DNA of 59,614 nucleotides, filler included, from Basidioascus undulatus (GCA_000826855.1; 4 parts of 4 records of this genome joined end to end with filler, not necessarily neighbours in it), one strand, 5' to 3'; positions 29,112 to 42,744 are shown, counted from the whole stretch's first letter. Notes: generated by a model from the sequence alone, not told the origin. Numbers and translations: made by a program.

Positions 29112-29744
29112 GCGGTGTGATCATGCGTTTCTGGGGAGGAAGGAGGCGGAGAAAGCGGATAAGGGATAAGGGATGGGAGATAACGCGCAAAGAGGGCGCG
29201 TCGCGCGGGAGATGGACGCGCAAAGGGCGCGTCGCATGGGGATGAGATACGAACCGTCGCGTTCGCAGGGAGGAGCGCCAAACACTGAAGAGGCCCACGC
29301 CGCCAGGTCAGTGGCTCATTCAACTTGACTGCAAGCATATATGGTCTCTGAGAATGTTCAAGCACTATCAATCTGATTCTAAAGCTTTTGTTTGTCAGAG
29401 AAACCCAGAAGCTGACGATTGAAAGCCGCCGCTGCCACACGCGGCGGCGGTGATGCCTCTTGCATCAACCTGTCCATCTCCCTCTCGAAGAGAGCGGGCT
29501 TGTGCAGACAGGGATGTAACCTACACATCCATCGACGTTTAGAAAGCCTTTGCGAGCGACTGTTGAAGGCCGCAACGTTGCGGTTTCACCGCCGCGTCGC
29601 AGTTCGGCAGCTCAAGACGCCGGACCGGTTCTTCCCCTTGCTAACTAGCCCCATCCTCCCTCCTCCCTTCCCATCCCCTCATCCCCTCATCCCCTCACCC
29701 TCTCTCCCGATCATGTCCTCCCCCTCCCAGCTAGATCGGAAGAG

Positions 29745-29844
29745 NNNNNNNNNNNNNNNNNNNNNNNNNNNNNNNNNNNNNNNNNNNNTTAATTAATTAA
29801 NNNNNNNNNNNNNNNNNNNNNNNNNNNNNNNNNNNNNNNNNNNN
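29745..29844. other. Artificial contig spacer
   Basis: N44-TTAATTAATTAA-N44. Confidence 0.98.
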
Positions 29845-32238
29845 GAGGGAGGCGCTGCGTGGGGTGGAGGGAGGCGGAAGCGGAGGCGCGGGTGGGGCGG
29901 TCTGCGGTGCACGCAGCACAAGAGAAAGGCTGTCAGTTACGAGAGGCGGTCTGGGATGAGGCCGCCTGCCTTGTAGGTGTCAGTGTAGGGAAGGTCAGAG
30001 TGGACCGTGGGGAACGAACAGCATTCGACCCGCAGCGGTGGGCGTGGGAAGACGAACACGGCGGGGACGGGGGAGTGCGGGGAGTAGTCGGTGCTGGGGC
30101 GGGGAGTGGGAGGAAACGACGAAGAGGCGGACTGTTGACTATTTCAGATAAGAGGCATCTCTGCATCTCTTCGCCTGAAATATTAGACCACGCACGCTCG
30201 ACCCATGACGCCAACATCCAAGAAAACCTCCACGGGCGACGAAGCCCTCGAGCACTCCCGCTCCTCCACGCCATCACACAGCGATCGCACAGCGCAGCTC
30301 AGCTCAAAGCAGGGACACAGTGTCCCTCGAATGGGTCCGAAGAGAGCAAGAAGCTGAGATCTGGGCAGTGCAGCGGCAGGTGCACGACATCGAATTCGAT
30401 GGAGCACTGCGTGTGGTCGCCGCTGAGCGGGACGGATGGGAAGGGATGGAGCTGGCGGGCGAGGTAGAAAGTCCTCATCCAGGGTGCGGGTTTGTCCGAA
30501 GTGGAGTTAAGAGGGATGGAAAGGAGGTGAGAAGAAGAGAGAGATGGAAAGCGCCTCTGAGAAGCTGCAAGAGGTGTCGAGGGTGAGGAGCCCGAGTCTC
30601 CGGGGCTGAAACGGAGGGCGCTGATGGAGGGCGGATGATCAGGCGGCGGAGACGGCAGTGCTGTAATGGTCTCCGTTGAAGTGGGCTATACAAGCTGTTA
30701 ATGAGCAGAAGTGAGGCTTTAAACTCCAAGAAGGCGGCAAGAAGATATGAGTTGAATCGAAGCTGAATGTGTTCAAGCCCGTCCAACTGTCGAGTCACGA
30801 TGCAGTGCATGCAGTTTGACCGGTAGTGAGCTCAATAGAAGTGCCCCGACGCCGTCTGGCAGGAAGAGCCGGGGTTGTGTATCCTCGAGCTTCCCGCCTA
30901 CGTTTCCCGTCGCGGTTCTCTCCCCTTGCAATGACGGAGAGTCGGGAGGTTCCGCAGACCGTCCGCCGACGCCGTCGTTCCTGGTAACTTGGACGGACGC
31001 GCAAACAATCCAGCAAGTGCATGGCGCAATAAGCCCAAGCTGTGAATATCCCGCGAATACGAATTCCAGCCTGCCTTAAATCAGGCAGGGGTAACGATCC
31101 GTTTTGCTGAACATAACGCCTCCTTCTGATCGTTCTCGCAGCTGGGACTAACTACATATGAAGCTAGTCGCCTTTCCTAAAAACTCTTTACGAAGCTGAG
31201 ACATGTAATTAGACCAATTGTGCGCCTGGTGCCTGGCGTTTGCCGATGTCCAGTTTGAGGCTCGACACATGTTTCTTAATAGGTCGGGCGACTCTATCAG
31301 AGGGAGGGATAAACTGCTGTTTTACCGTGCTTCATGCACCTGTCCGAACAAGCTCGACGACAACTGCGTACAGGGAAAGAAACGGCAACCGCAAGAAAGT
31401 GACTACCGTAGCATGGAAAGGCGAAGCAAGGGTAAATCGAGTCAAAAGACTGCGTCGTGTTGAGGGAAAGCGCGGGGAAATCCTGTGCGTAAGGGCCTGC
31501 GCGTAGAGAGCGTAGTCGACACGGGTCTCGCCCACGGTCAGGCAGGCTAGGCACACTGCAACCCGGCCCCGGAACCACTGTGTGTTCGGAGCTTGGAGGA
31601 TGGAACGAAAGAAGAACGATAACTGAGGTATAGCGAGGCGATGGATGTAGTTGTTGAGCAAGTTGGGACATCGGAGCTGGGACGGCCGTGGGCGGTTGGA
31701 GGAGTTAGAGGAATACGGCCTTTGCTGCGGGGCGATGTGTTGACTCGAAAAGAAGCAAGACCGCCTTCGTCCCGGCAGTGATCACACCCAGCGAGCATGG
31801 TACGAGGATCCCGAACGGATCGTAGGTGTGTGAAAGGGACATCGTCGAAGTAGAACGGTGGGCGGGGAAGCGCGGTCGAACCGTCAAGCCGGAAACCAAG
31901 TCGGGCTGACGAAAGTGAACGGCGAGCGGAAGCCGTGGAGTCCGCCAGGCTCGGGATTGAGGGGTAAGAAGGTGTTCGAAGCGGTCCGACGTGAGTAGAC
32001 GGGAGCAAGAAGCGTTCGATCGGGGGTTGAGACGAGTGGGTGTTGACCGATCGTTTCCGACGACACGGAAGGCGCCCCTCCGCGCCGTTCGACCCCGCGG
32101 TGCAGCCCATAAGCAACGAAACGCACGTCTTCCTTCCATCACATCCCCCGTCCTCCCTCTCCCCCTCCAGTCGTGCAATCCGCCCCGTCTATCCTCCTCC
32201 CTCTCCTCCACCCGAATCAGCCGCCGGAACGGAGCGCC

Positions 32239-33150
32239 TCAGTGGCGGTCCGCGACCTTGGGCTCCCACGCCTTGTACTTGGGGACGGTGGTGTTGTACG
32301 TCTTAAACGCGCCCCGCGTGCCCGTCAGGTTCTCCACCCAGTCCTGTTGCGGGCGAAGAGAGCAGCATCAGCGGTCATGTTTGTGGGTGGGACGGGATGC
32401 AGATCGCTGGGGGGTGGGAACAAGGGGGAGGAGGCGATGGAGGCGACGGAGGAAAGGAGGGAGGGAGGAGGGAGGAGGGGGAGAGCGGAGAGGGAAGGGG
32501 AAGGGGAAGGGGAAGAGGGGTGGGGAAACGGGACAGGAGGAAGACGCACCTTCTTCCATAGCGGCGTGTTAGCCTGCACGACGGGGTCCTCGTGCGGCGG
32601 CGGCCCGCGGATGTGCGCGAGCCAGGAGCTCCACTCGGGCGGGACCTGGGAGGCGTTAAAGTCCCACTGCTCCCATCCCCGCGCATCAGCATTCCCTTCC
32701 CCCGGGGAAAGCACGGCAGAGGCGGACCTGAGCGTAGTCGACCCAGCGGTGGCGGCCTGCAACGAGGAGAGAGTGAGCTTGGTGTGAGGCAGGGGAAAAG
32801 GGGAAGGGGAAGGGAATGAAGGGAGGAAGGAGGGAAGACGTACCCGGCGCCTCGGGCATGTCCGTCTCGAGGTTCTCAAAGTAGCGGTTGCCGTACCTGC
32901 CCGTCTCGACCCGCATCAACACCTCTTCCCCACCTTCTCCCTACCCTTCCCCACATCGACGAACTTGTCCACGCCCTTGAGCACGCCAGCCTTGATGTCC
33001 CCGATCGTGTTGAGCTGGTGCCATGCCTCTTTGAGGCCGACGCGCCTGCCCCGCCGCCGGTCCCAACTCTCAGCACTCCTTCCTTCTCTGGGTGGATGTG
33101 CGGCCGTACCGGATGTTGCGGATGTGGCGGTAGAGCGATTGGCCAGACAT
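32239..33150 (-). CDS. NDUFA12: NADH:ubiquinone oxidoreductase subunit NDUFA12 (B17.2), multi-exon
   Basis: IGDIKAGVLKGVDK|YGNRYFEN...P|GRHRWVDYAQ|WDFNASQVPPEWSSWLAHIR...WVENLTGTRGAFKTYNTTVPKYKAWEP. Confidence 0.93.
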
Positions 33151-35449
33151 GGCGAGCGTGTGAGGAGGTGATGGTGCGCAGGAGCAGCAATCGCGTCGAA
33201 GCGGTTGGACGGCGGCGATGGCAGGGCAGGACCGGGGGTGACAGGTCCGAGGGGGGGAAGGGGGGACAGGTCACACGCTGACAGGCGTCAGTTCGCAGCG
33301 CTATAACAAGTTGGTCTGCTGCACGCCTTATTGAAGTGCATGGATTTGTTTGACAGTCCAGTAATTTGAGAAGGAGAAAATTTTGGGGAGTGGGAAACCG
33401 AGACGGCGCGTCGCACTCACTGATGCGGCGTTTGAACGTGCAAGGTCAAAAAGAAAAGAAAAACTTCAGCGGTTCCTTCTAAGACAGCAACTTCGCGCCT
33501 TTCAGAACTGTGTAAGTTTCTTGGAAGGTCTTTATGCATATGGATGGGTGTAGGATCCCTCAAGTGAGCAATAGGCAAACAGACCATGGTCTTGAGCGGT
33601 GTCGGGCGCGGCCGGCAGCAGTTCTTCCGCGGGCCTTAAAGCTCGAATCTCCCCACGAGAAGACTGCTCATGGGAAACTCCTTCTCGTACATGGTGCGTG
33701 TAGATAAGACTAGCTATAGACATCTTCCACTATGAGGCTCTGCTTGACAATGACCACAGGAACCCATTGCGCTCGGCCCCACAGCCTCACTGACGTTCAG
33801 AGGCATGGTCACCGAGACCGCCGCTTCATTGAAGCCTCCCTTTCTCTGGCTCAAACAATGTTTCTCCATTTCTAGATTGTGTGAGTAGTTATATTTTCAA
33901 AGGCTGTCTGCCAAAGACTGAAGGTTGGATGTACGTTGTGGGCACAACCGGAGGTGCAGTCTTGCAGACGGTTCTGTTCCTTCAGCATGCCGCGAGCACC
34001 GGAAGTTGTATGCCCACAAGGCAGCCACGAGCCCCCCGAAGACTACACCATGCCTAATATGCAGATGCATGGCAGGCCATCTCCGCGTTCTCACTTCGTT
34101 CCTCGACCTGTCCCAACAACGCCCTTCAGCACAGAACAGTCCCCTCTCTCTCCCCAGCTGCGCACAACTAGCTACCATCTTGCACTCGAGCTCCCCCGAC
34201 GTCCCCGCCTCTCTCATATCGGGGAACACCTCTCCGGTTATCCCGTGCTCCTATCCGCGCCTGCCACGCTGCCCAACACTTCCGCGTCGCCCCGGCCACT
34301 CCGACATGAGGGTGCGCCCTACTTCGGGGGGCCGCCCGCGACTCCATAGCGCGAGTGGAGGTGAATTCGTACAGGTTCTCGCCTAGGGCGTGGATGCTAG
34401 TGAAGGGGTAGCTGAGCAGCGGACTCACCGCATAGCCGAGACCTGAGCCCCTCGGGATCGAGGAGGAAACGGAGAGGTGGCTGAGGAGGAGAGGCTATAC
34501 TGGTGGGGTAGACGTTAGTTCCAGCCTGGGAGGTTGAGAGGTAGGCGTGAAAGCAAATTACCTGTCCTCGAACTCGCGGTGGGTCTTCCCGAAGCGAAAG
34601 GAAGGAGAAGGTGAAGGTGGAGGTTGGAGGGAAAGCGACAGCGCGGTGGATGGCCCTGTAAAATGGACTGACGGACTGACGAGTCATCGGGTGCGAGCAC
34701 ATGAAACATGATGGACTTAAATTGGTACTCGTAGCCCGAAATCAAAACAATGTCTGGGAGTTGGGAGGCCAATCGCCTCCAGTCACAGACAGAAGAGCGG
34801 AGTCATAAGGCGAAGCGGCCCCTCGCATGGCCGGGCCTGCGCACCCCTGAAGTCTCCGCCAGAACTTCACGAATCAATTTACACTCAATAAGATTACATT
34901 CAATATTATGTTGGCCTAGCGTAGTGGTTTTCATACAGGTACAACGCCTAATCATCGATCGATGTCAGCGACGCATGTTCACGTTCGCCCTTAGACGGAT
35001 TGGCAGTCATCGCGACCGTCTGACTCAGCACTTGAAAAGAGGGATGCGCTGACAACCGCATCTCTTGCTCAATGATGATTCCATAGAGACTGCACCAAGG
35101 ATCCATCTCGTGGCGTTGCACAGGCGTAAGACGGAGGACAAAGTCTGCGCCAAGGCAGTCCATGCGCTTTCCAATCCAGCCGGACAGTACTACCGAGCTC
35201 ACTACAAACCTTGCTTAATCTTACCTAGGTCACAATATAAGGTAAAAGTTTGAAGAGTTGGAATGTACCGAGTACTGTCGACGGAAGGGTGTTCGGGGAG
35301 ATGGCAATCAGTGCAGGTCTGATGGGACAGAATGCCGCTCCACCAATGCGGTGATAATTAAGCACTTTCTCAAATGTTAAGCCGCATTGAATGCTAAAGA
35401 CTGCAGTTCAGCTAAGGGCGTCTGCTGCCAGTAACTTACTGTAAGCCGT

Positions 35450-38137
35450 GTGCGCAGCGCATGCATGAATGAGCTGCTCGTTATTTGGTTCATCCACTGC
35501 GGCAACGCGCAGCCGCCACAGGACTCGAGCTCGGTTTCTGTGTCCAGACTGAGTGCAAAGGAATGAGCCAGTTATAGTAAGCTCTGTACTTAGATGGGGA
35601 GATAGGTAAAACTCGTACCATTCCCAGGCGTCCTGCACCGCCATGCGCAACCCGAAGATCGGGCAGGCACTGCGCCCACTCGGGCACAGCGGATGCTCCT
35701 GGAGCTCCGCCTCCAAGCGAGCGCCCTCTTGCCGCCACCGCTTCGTAACCGCTTCAGATCCAGAAGGAGCGCAGGCCTGGGATCCAACTGCCCGGTCGAG
35801 ACTCGGGATCTCGCTGAGCGCTGCCAAGTCTCCGTGAATCACAGCCGAGAGCGTGCGGAGGAGGCGGGATTCGGAGTCGTCTTGGTTGACAGCCCTGAGG
35901 GAATGAGGGAGATATTAAGCTTTGCACAGATGGAAGAGCCAAGATTGCGAAGGCACCAGATCATGACGCCAGTGAGACCCTGGCTGTTGACATAGCCAGC
36001 CTTCTTTTCCGCGCTCTGAGGATCCTCGAAGCTATACCAGTCCGTGTGGGGAGCGATCGGTATAGGCCAGTTTAGTACGCAATACAGTGAAACATGGGCT
36101 GCCAGGTAGCAACTCAACTTGGAAGAGCAGTCGAGGCATAGGCGGCGTCGTAGCTGTTTTCGTCGTGGTAGAGTTGGTTTTGTTGGCGACGAGGGCCGCG
36201 TACGACAGGGTGACCGGGCTCGAAACTCCCATGGCAGGTTTGAAGAGACCGTGTACGCCGTTGTCCTTCACGCCCGAGTAACTGCAAAGCGACGATGAGA
36301 GGAAGACGGGGACAGGGGAAACGAGGTCAAGCGCACCCATGAGCGTACAACCGAACTCTGCAGAAAGAATATTGGAGTCAGCTTCCACTCAGAACGCACC
36401 ATAAAAGAGCATCTACCCAACAACAATCTTGGAAGCAGGGCAGCCTGCGCGCCAGGCCGAGACCGACGCGCTGACGCTGGCTTCGCCTGCCGGGCCAGTG
36501 TAGCCCTCCGAGCTCAAGGGCAGCACCGGCGCGTGGTGCGCAGCGACGAGCGGCGAGTCCCAGGTCCCGTGCATGTCGTAAGTCATCAAGTTGACGAAGT
36601 CGACCTGCGAGCAGAGGCCGGCAGCGAGGCGGCTCGCTTGGTCGGCGCTCGCGCTGACCGCCGCGGTGATGCGCTTGGGCGAGCCCAACTCGTCGAATTT
36701 GGCGCGCAGCTTCGAAACGAAGGTGATGTACTGGTCGTAGTCGGTGGCGTACTCGGCGGGGTTGGAGGTGGCGTCCGGGTTTCCGAAGGCGTGTCTTGTC
36801 GAATATTCTGCATGAGCGGAGGCGTTGAAATGCAGATGAATTGAAGAACGTACTGAGTGCCGGGGTACTCCGAGTCGATGTCGACACCGTCAAAGCCGAA
36901 CAGGATCACAAACTGTGGTGGAACTGTTAGCGACAGTCGCTGAAACCTGACAGCAGCAGCACATGCTCACCTTGACGACCGATTCTACGAAGTTGTCAAC
37001 GTGCAGGACTGGTCGCGGCGTGGAAGGCGATGGAGTCGGACCTGATTCGAGATTGTCAGCAAGCCAGCGAAACATTATTTCTATTGCACGATCAAAGTCG
37101 TACCATCCGCCGATAGAGAGCAAGACTTCCAGGTCAGGCTTGACCTGTTTCGCCCGGTTCAGGTAGTAGTTGAACTGCATGACCCAAAAAATACTTCAGT
37201 GATCACCTTAAAAGAATACGTTAACATTGACAGCGCACCAGACCACAAACGCTCGTGGTAGAAGAGCCGCACGTCGACTGGAGCGTGTTTGCGGCGATGC
37301 CGATGTTGCAGGTGCGGGGATGGGATGCGTATCCACCTTGATTGGTACAGCCCGTCGACGGGTATGCGTAACATGTTCCGTCGGGCTGCACCGCCCAGCG
37401 TAGGGCGCCATTGCCAGATACATCGTGTTTCCTGTCGAGTCGGCAGCGCCGGTGCAGAATGCGGCCGAAGGCTTCGAGCAGGAGAAGGTAAGAGAGCGCT
37501 TGGAGTACGGAGGAGGTCATCAAAGTGAACTACACACAAGGGGGAGACAACCGACGTTGTCATTCCAGCTTGTTTCGGCCGAAAGATCGAAGAGTTGGTC
37601 AAAGTCGGCGTTGCGGTCCTGTTGGTTGCTGTATCGTGAGTGTGTTCCACCGCATCTTGCAGAAAATGAAGCACTCACCGTGATATCGAGATAGTATCTG
37701 TTAAAATCTGAGGAGTATGAAATAGTTGCGAAAGCTGCGCGGAGTAGGAGGGGGTATCAGCTGGAAATCGCGACGAATGAAAATGGCCAAACGTACCGTA
37801 GTTGAGAGCGTCGAGATTTGCAAGCTGCGTAGGCGTGAGGGCCTTGAATCCGGAAGAGTAAAACTGCGGAACTTTCAGTTAGCTATGCTGCTCTCCTGTG
37901 GTGAAGGCAGCCGTCATACAGAATAGTTGTCGACATAGCCTACCACCCTACTGTATCGTGGCGAGCAGTGCCGTCGACGCGGGCGCTCCGACCGGTACGC
38001 GACTGGTACTCGGCGAAGCAGCTTCCCTCGTCCGTGGCGCGTCGAGCTAAACGGGCGTGACGAGCCTGGTTGGGCGATCGGGCGAGAGCGGTCGTCGCGG
38101 CAAGGAGGAGGGGAAGAAGAGTAGCGGAGCCGAGCAT
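35450..38137 (-). pseudogene. Secreted GH18 chitinase fused to a C-terminal CPL1/PriA-like Cys domain; frameshifted
   Basis: Signal peptide MLGSATLLPLLLAATTALA; RVVGY; LNYAFA; LSIGGW; FDGVDIDSEYPG; DFVNLMTYDMHGTW; KIVVG; WYSFEDPQSAEKKAGYV...GVMIW-AVNQDD; then LCPSGRSACPI...WECLDTETELESCGGC. Frameshifts near 37000, 36170 and probably 37395. Confidence 0.85.
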
Positions 38138-40299
38138 CAATAACGAGTAAACGAGCGTGGGTGTTCAAAATGAGTGTGGGGAGCCACGAAGGGTCGTGGG
38201 TTAATAGAGCCGAAAGAAGGGAATAAGAGCAGACTAAATAACAAGAAGGATGTTGTTGGTGATGGTTTGGCTTCCTTCAACGCCGTACTCGTGCGCGGGC
38301 CCTGTCGATTCGACTTGTTCTCGCGTCCCTCGGCACCGCGTGCGCGCGCCGTGCCAGGACTTGGGCGGAGGGAGTCATCCTTTCCCTCCTCCGCCCCTTT
38401 CCTCCCTCATCGGTTCCTGGCTGATGCTGGCGGAACGAACAGGCGGTCATGCTCGAGCTCGCACAACTCAGCGATATCTTTCGGCCACCCTCGCATCCCA
38501 CTCCTCTGCCCCAATTCTAGACGCCCACCCTCCACAACACCACCATCACCCGCCGAAGACGCCGCTGCCGCCGCTGCCGTCGCTGCTGCAGTGATGCACC
38601 GCCAGCCGCCGCCGCCGCCCGGGAGCCGGACGAGGAGGATCGCGGGCGTATGGAGGAGGGGGATGAGGTGGAATGTTGAGCTTGGCTTTCTTAGCGGAGG
38701 AGAAGTATGCGCGATAGGCTTGGTGAAGGGTTGGAAAAGGTTGCAGGGGAAGGGAAGCGGGAGGCATGATCGGAAATTGTACGCGGCGAGGCAAACTTCG
38801 ATTACAAATGGCCGATGCGTGGACCACCGGCCAGAGGCAGGATCTATTGGTCCTCAGCCACTGATAACCCAGTTATTCTCAGACCATCAGAAGCGCTAAC
38901 GACGATATTGTTAGTCCGCTGATTGTCCAAAGTGGCAGGAGCGACTCCCGCGGCACAGGAATTAACCTCGCGCACCACCAGTCAGAGGCAGTCATCGAGC
39001 AGCATTGGAACCGTCTGGCAGGCTTGCTCATCTGAAAAGCGCTCCGCCCGGTTGTTGAGCGGATCTTATACTCCGATGTCCTCCTCGTAACGCTTGATCA
39101 GGGCAACAGCTTCCTGAAGCACCACTGTCCATCCGCGACGCAGCACTGTCGGTTTCTTGTCCTCCATGCTCCATTCAGCCAGTATTGATCCCACCTATTC
39201 TGCACACTTGTACTGCTAGGCTCTCCCGCACATCGACATTCACCTCCACCCGGTGAAGCTGCGTCCAGGCGAGGTGTTCTTCCATGCACTAGCTGCTATG
39301 GCACCTACCTCAGCCAAAGTAGTTATAGATCTTTAGGATTCAATGACCATCTGCGGGGTAACAAGGGTAATTTGGCCACGCGGATCACGGTGGGCAAGCT
39401 GTCCGAAGCACTCGCACACTGGGCCGAGAGCGGCAATCTCCGTTTGCTGACCTTGCGCGTTGACTTTTGGAGGATTCCCGGCTGTGACTTCGCTCTCGAC
39501 AAGCTCACGGTGCCCAAATTCGCTTCGCCAATTGCCTGAATTTACGGCCCTTCACCATTACCTTTCCGTCTGCGAGAACCCGCATGTCCGCCACGTCCAT
39601 CTTCCCCGGCGGGAGGACGGACAGTCTCATTTCGACCCTCTCGTTCCTTACTCTTCGAAACTCGAAATTCTCCGCCGGCGCCCCGGTGTCAAGATCCGGA
39701 GGACCCCGTCTACTGACGACACCTTCACTGGCGGTTGGCGGGACGCAGTTGACCGGGGTGTCTTGGCTGATGGTTTGTTGTATTCATGTCGCTTCCTGCT
39801 GTAAAGTTGATTAATCAAATGGGGCTTGTTTAAGGTTGTGCATTTCCCGTAGTTTTGAGCATTGTAAGTAGGCTCGCTTGTCTGTGTCGGTCCGCTTGCC
39901 TTGGTCAGCGACCTATGCGCTCAAGAATGCTGAATAGTACAATGTCCGAAAAAGATGAGAGAACAGACTTACACTAACTATCAAGAAATACAAGAATGTG
40001 CTGTACGCTGCTTCAAGATCTTACACAACACCGCGGGCGCGTCGTGGTCAAAGGGCTGCCGCTGCCTGCTAAATATGCTGGTTTCTCCAAGATGGTCGAG
40101 ACCCTGAAGACCCATACCAGCACACCCTGCTGCTTGCTTTTATCAACTGCGGACCCAGCCCTCCGATGCCAGCCCGAGACTCTCATCCGCAACGCGACTG
40201 CCAGCTGCCATCCGACACGCCCTCCCCCGCCCACCAACCTCACAGCACTTCAGCTTAAGCACAGTAAGCATATCGCGCCTCACAGTACTCTCTGAACGA

Positions 40300-41600
40300 T
40301 ATGAAGAGACTCGAAGCCCGTGCCGTTCCAAAGCGCCTCGACGAAGGCCCGAACATGAGAAACGGTTGCTAAAACCGCCAAGTCAAGCGTCGTGATCGTT
40401 TCAGGCTTGATCGCCTTGACAGAGCGACAAGGGAAAGGCAAGAGGAGATGGATGCTCGAGCTGTCCACGAAGACACTGTCGACTCAATCAGGCCAAAAAG
40501 ATCAAGTCTCGACTCGACCTTGAAGTTGAAACCTTGATCAAGAACGCGAACATGGTGGAGACCAAAATGGCTGAGGCCTGAAGGGATGACAAGACCGATC
40601 GAAAAGTCCTTCGGATCAGTTTGGACTGAGCTAAACATGAGGACGCTGGGTGAGCTGAGAAAGCGAAACCGAATGCATCCATGCGTGGGGCATGGTTGAT
40701 GCGCCAGACCCTTCACATTGGAAGCAATTGCATCAGAGCGAGCTCCGGCCTGACGAGTAAAGAGAGAGTCCCACTTACTTGAACCAGACTCTTTGAAGGT
40801 TGTTGGATACATTTGGGAGAGCGGAAAGAGCGTTGAGAATGACGGGGTCGTCGATTCCGGGGCGCGAGGAGCTGTCCCAAGCGAAGGAACGCAGGCGCTT
40901 GACGCAGGTGACTAGGCCGAGAAGTGCTACGGAAGTGCTCAAGCCCCGTTTCTTGAGAACTTTAACGTTCAGGACAGTCGTACGCACCCATGATGATCCT
41001 CTCAGTTCCCAATGCGCCGCCGGACGCATCGCCACCTAGGAAGCGGATTCTCGACCGTGCTTAACACCTCCAGAACGGGAGCGCGCCCCAAGAACCGGAT
41101 CAAGCGTCCCTCCGCCTCGGATGGCTCCTCCGACTCCTCAAATTCGAGTGAGAATGACAGGTCTCGAACACGGGAAGCTCGCGTTGTGCAGGCCGCGTGC
41201 GGACGAAAGCGGCGCGACGGAGAACTCAATCAGATGATCCCAGCCGAAGTGCTCGATCAATGGATCAGGTTTTAGAGCTATTTGCCTTCGTACGCAACTT
41301 TGAGAAGGATGGGGATAAGCTACAAATGGCTCACAAAAGTACGTCTCCCACAGCTTCGCCCGATGTACCCGCATGGCCGCCCGATGCCTCCTCGATTGAC
41401 AGATAGTGGACCTTGATGACCTTGATCTCCAGCAGCGCCCACGAACAGCATGTCTCCAAAGAGACTGCACGGTCGAACTCGGGTTTCTTGCACACCGAAA
41501 GCCAGAAGGCCGGGTCAGAATACATCGTCCGGACCGTACCGCCCGGAAAGCTTCGCGGAAAGGCGACGTGCATCGCGCACGGCCAGTGGCAGGGTAAAGT
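40300..41600 (+). pseudogene. Degenerate coiled-coil-rich coding remnant of unknown family
   Basis: Reading QAKKIKSRLDLEVETLIKNANMVETKMAEA*RDDKTDRKVLRISLD*AKHEDA contains in-frame TGA stops; intron-like signals remain. Confidence 0.35.
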
Positions 41601-41931
41601 CCCGGATCGGGCTTAGGACATCGAGGGGCAGGCAGCTGAGCAAAAACATCGGCTGGCTACTCATGCTGGCTTGTGCGCTGGTGAGTTTTGAGCGGAAACG
41701 AAGCGAATGCTCAATTTGTCCCACAAGTCCACAGGGCGGTTCAGGATGGGAGCAGCAGACGGGTGTGCGCTCTTACTTTCGCAGAGTCGCAAACACAGCG
41801 AGAAGGGTAATGCCAAACTTCATGCTCGAGCACAGCTCATATATGTAACTAGAAAACCCGTGCAAATGACCTGTCCTCCTCGTTCACCTCTTCACCTCTC
41901 AGCCTCTGCCTCTATACCCTAGAGGATGCCA

Positions 41932-42720
41932 TCACGTTTCAGCCTCCGCCTCCATATCCCACAGCGTGCTTGATGATCCGTTCGGCGAGGGACCTTCGAT
42001 TGGCTTAGACTTCAGCATGACCACCTGGACGTTGCGCTGCGGTAGACGACGGCGTAGCTCGAGTAGGAACGACTCCTTCGAGCGGTGGCGAACGTCAGCA
42101 TCGAGCCCGATGATGAGCTTGCGCATTGAGGGCGCGTTAGAAAGGAATTGCGCCAGGCCGTCCAACCATTGACTGCTGCAGAGGTCCGCTCTTCCCACCC
42201 AGCGCAGAGCGACGTGAGTGAGACGGCGGAGGCGCAGCAAGCTTTAAACAATTTCCGGGAGCTCAAAGTGAATATATGAAACATGATGCGGGAGACTCTC
42301 GAACTTTCCATAAAGTTTGCCAACGTCCTGCTCAAGCAGCCATAACCTCAACCACGCCCCCCTCCACGTTTCAACGCAGCGACGGACCTCTGCAGTTGAG
42401 CGAACGCGGCGTCCTCATACTGAGAACGTTTGGTGACGTGTTTCGGCAGCCGGGGGAAGATTTTCGTATGAAATGCTGTTGTTGTGGCCAGAAGCAAGCA
42501 AGGCTCGAGCGTGTCCAGCCAGCGGTAGTCGCGAAGCGGCAGCTCTACGAAACCGTCAGTGTAGCTCGTGCCGCAAACATATACACCAGCCAAGAGCGGG
42601 ACCATGCCAAAGATGGGCGGGACAGATATGAATACAGAGGCACTACGTGAAAGAAACGGTATAAAGTACACAACAGCTGAAGAAAAGGCGAAAGCAACAC
42701 AGCCCAAGAACTCTGCGTCC
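41932..42720 (-). CDS. 3' fragment of a hypothetical RNI/F-box-like protein; 5' part absent
   Basis: LRRLTHVALRW...LAQFLSNAPSMRKLIIGL resembles an LRR-like C-terminus. It abuts the truncated KGD2 head-to-head. Confidence 0.3.
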
Positions 42721-42744
42721 TAACTACATCCTCTTCACGCCCTC

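Noticed and set aside
42601..42722. TMPKMGGTDM... reading that resembles the start of a lipoyl domain upstream of KGD2
   Set aside because: No lipoyl-lysine (ETDK) motif, and the frame closes before the linker; probably coincidental.
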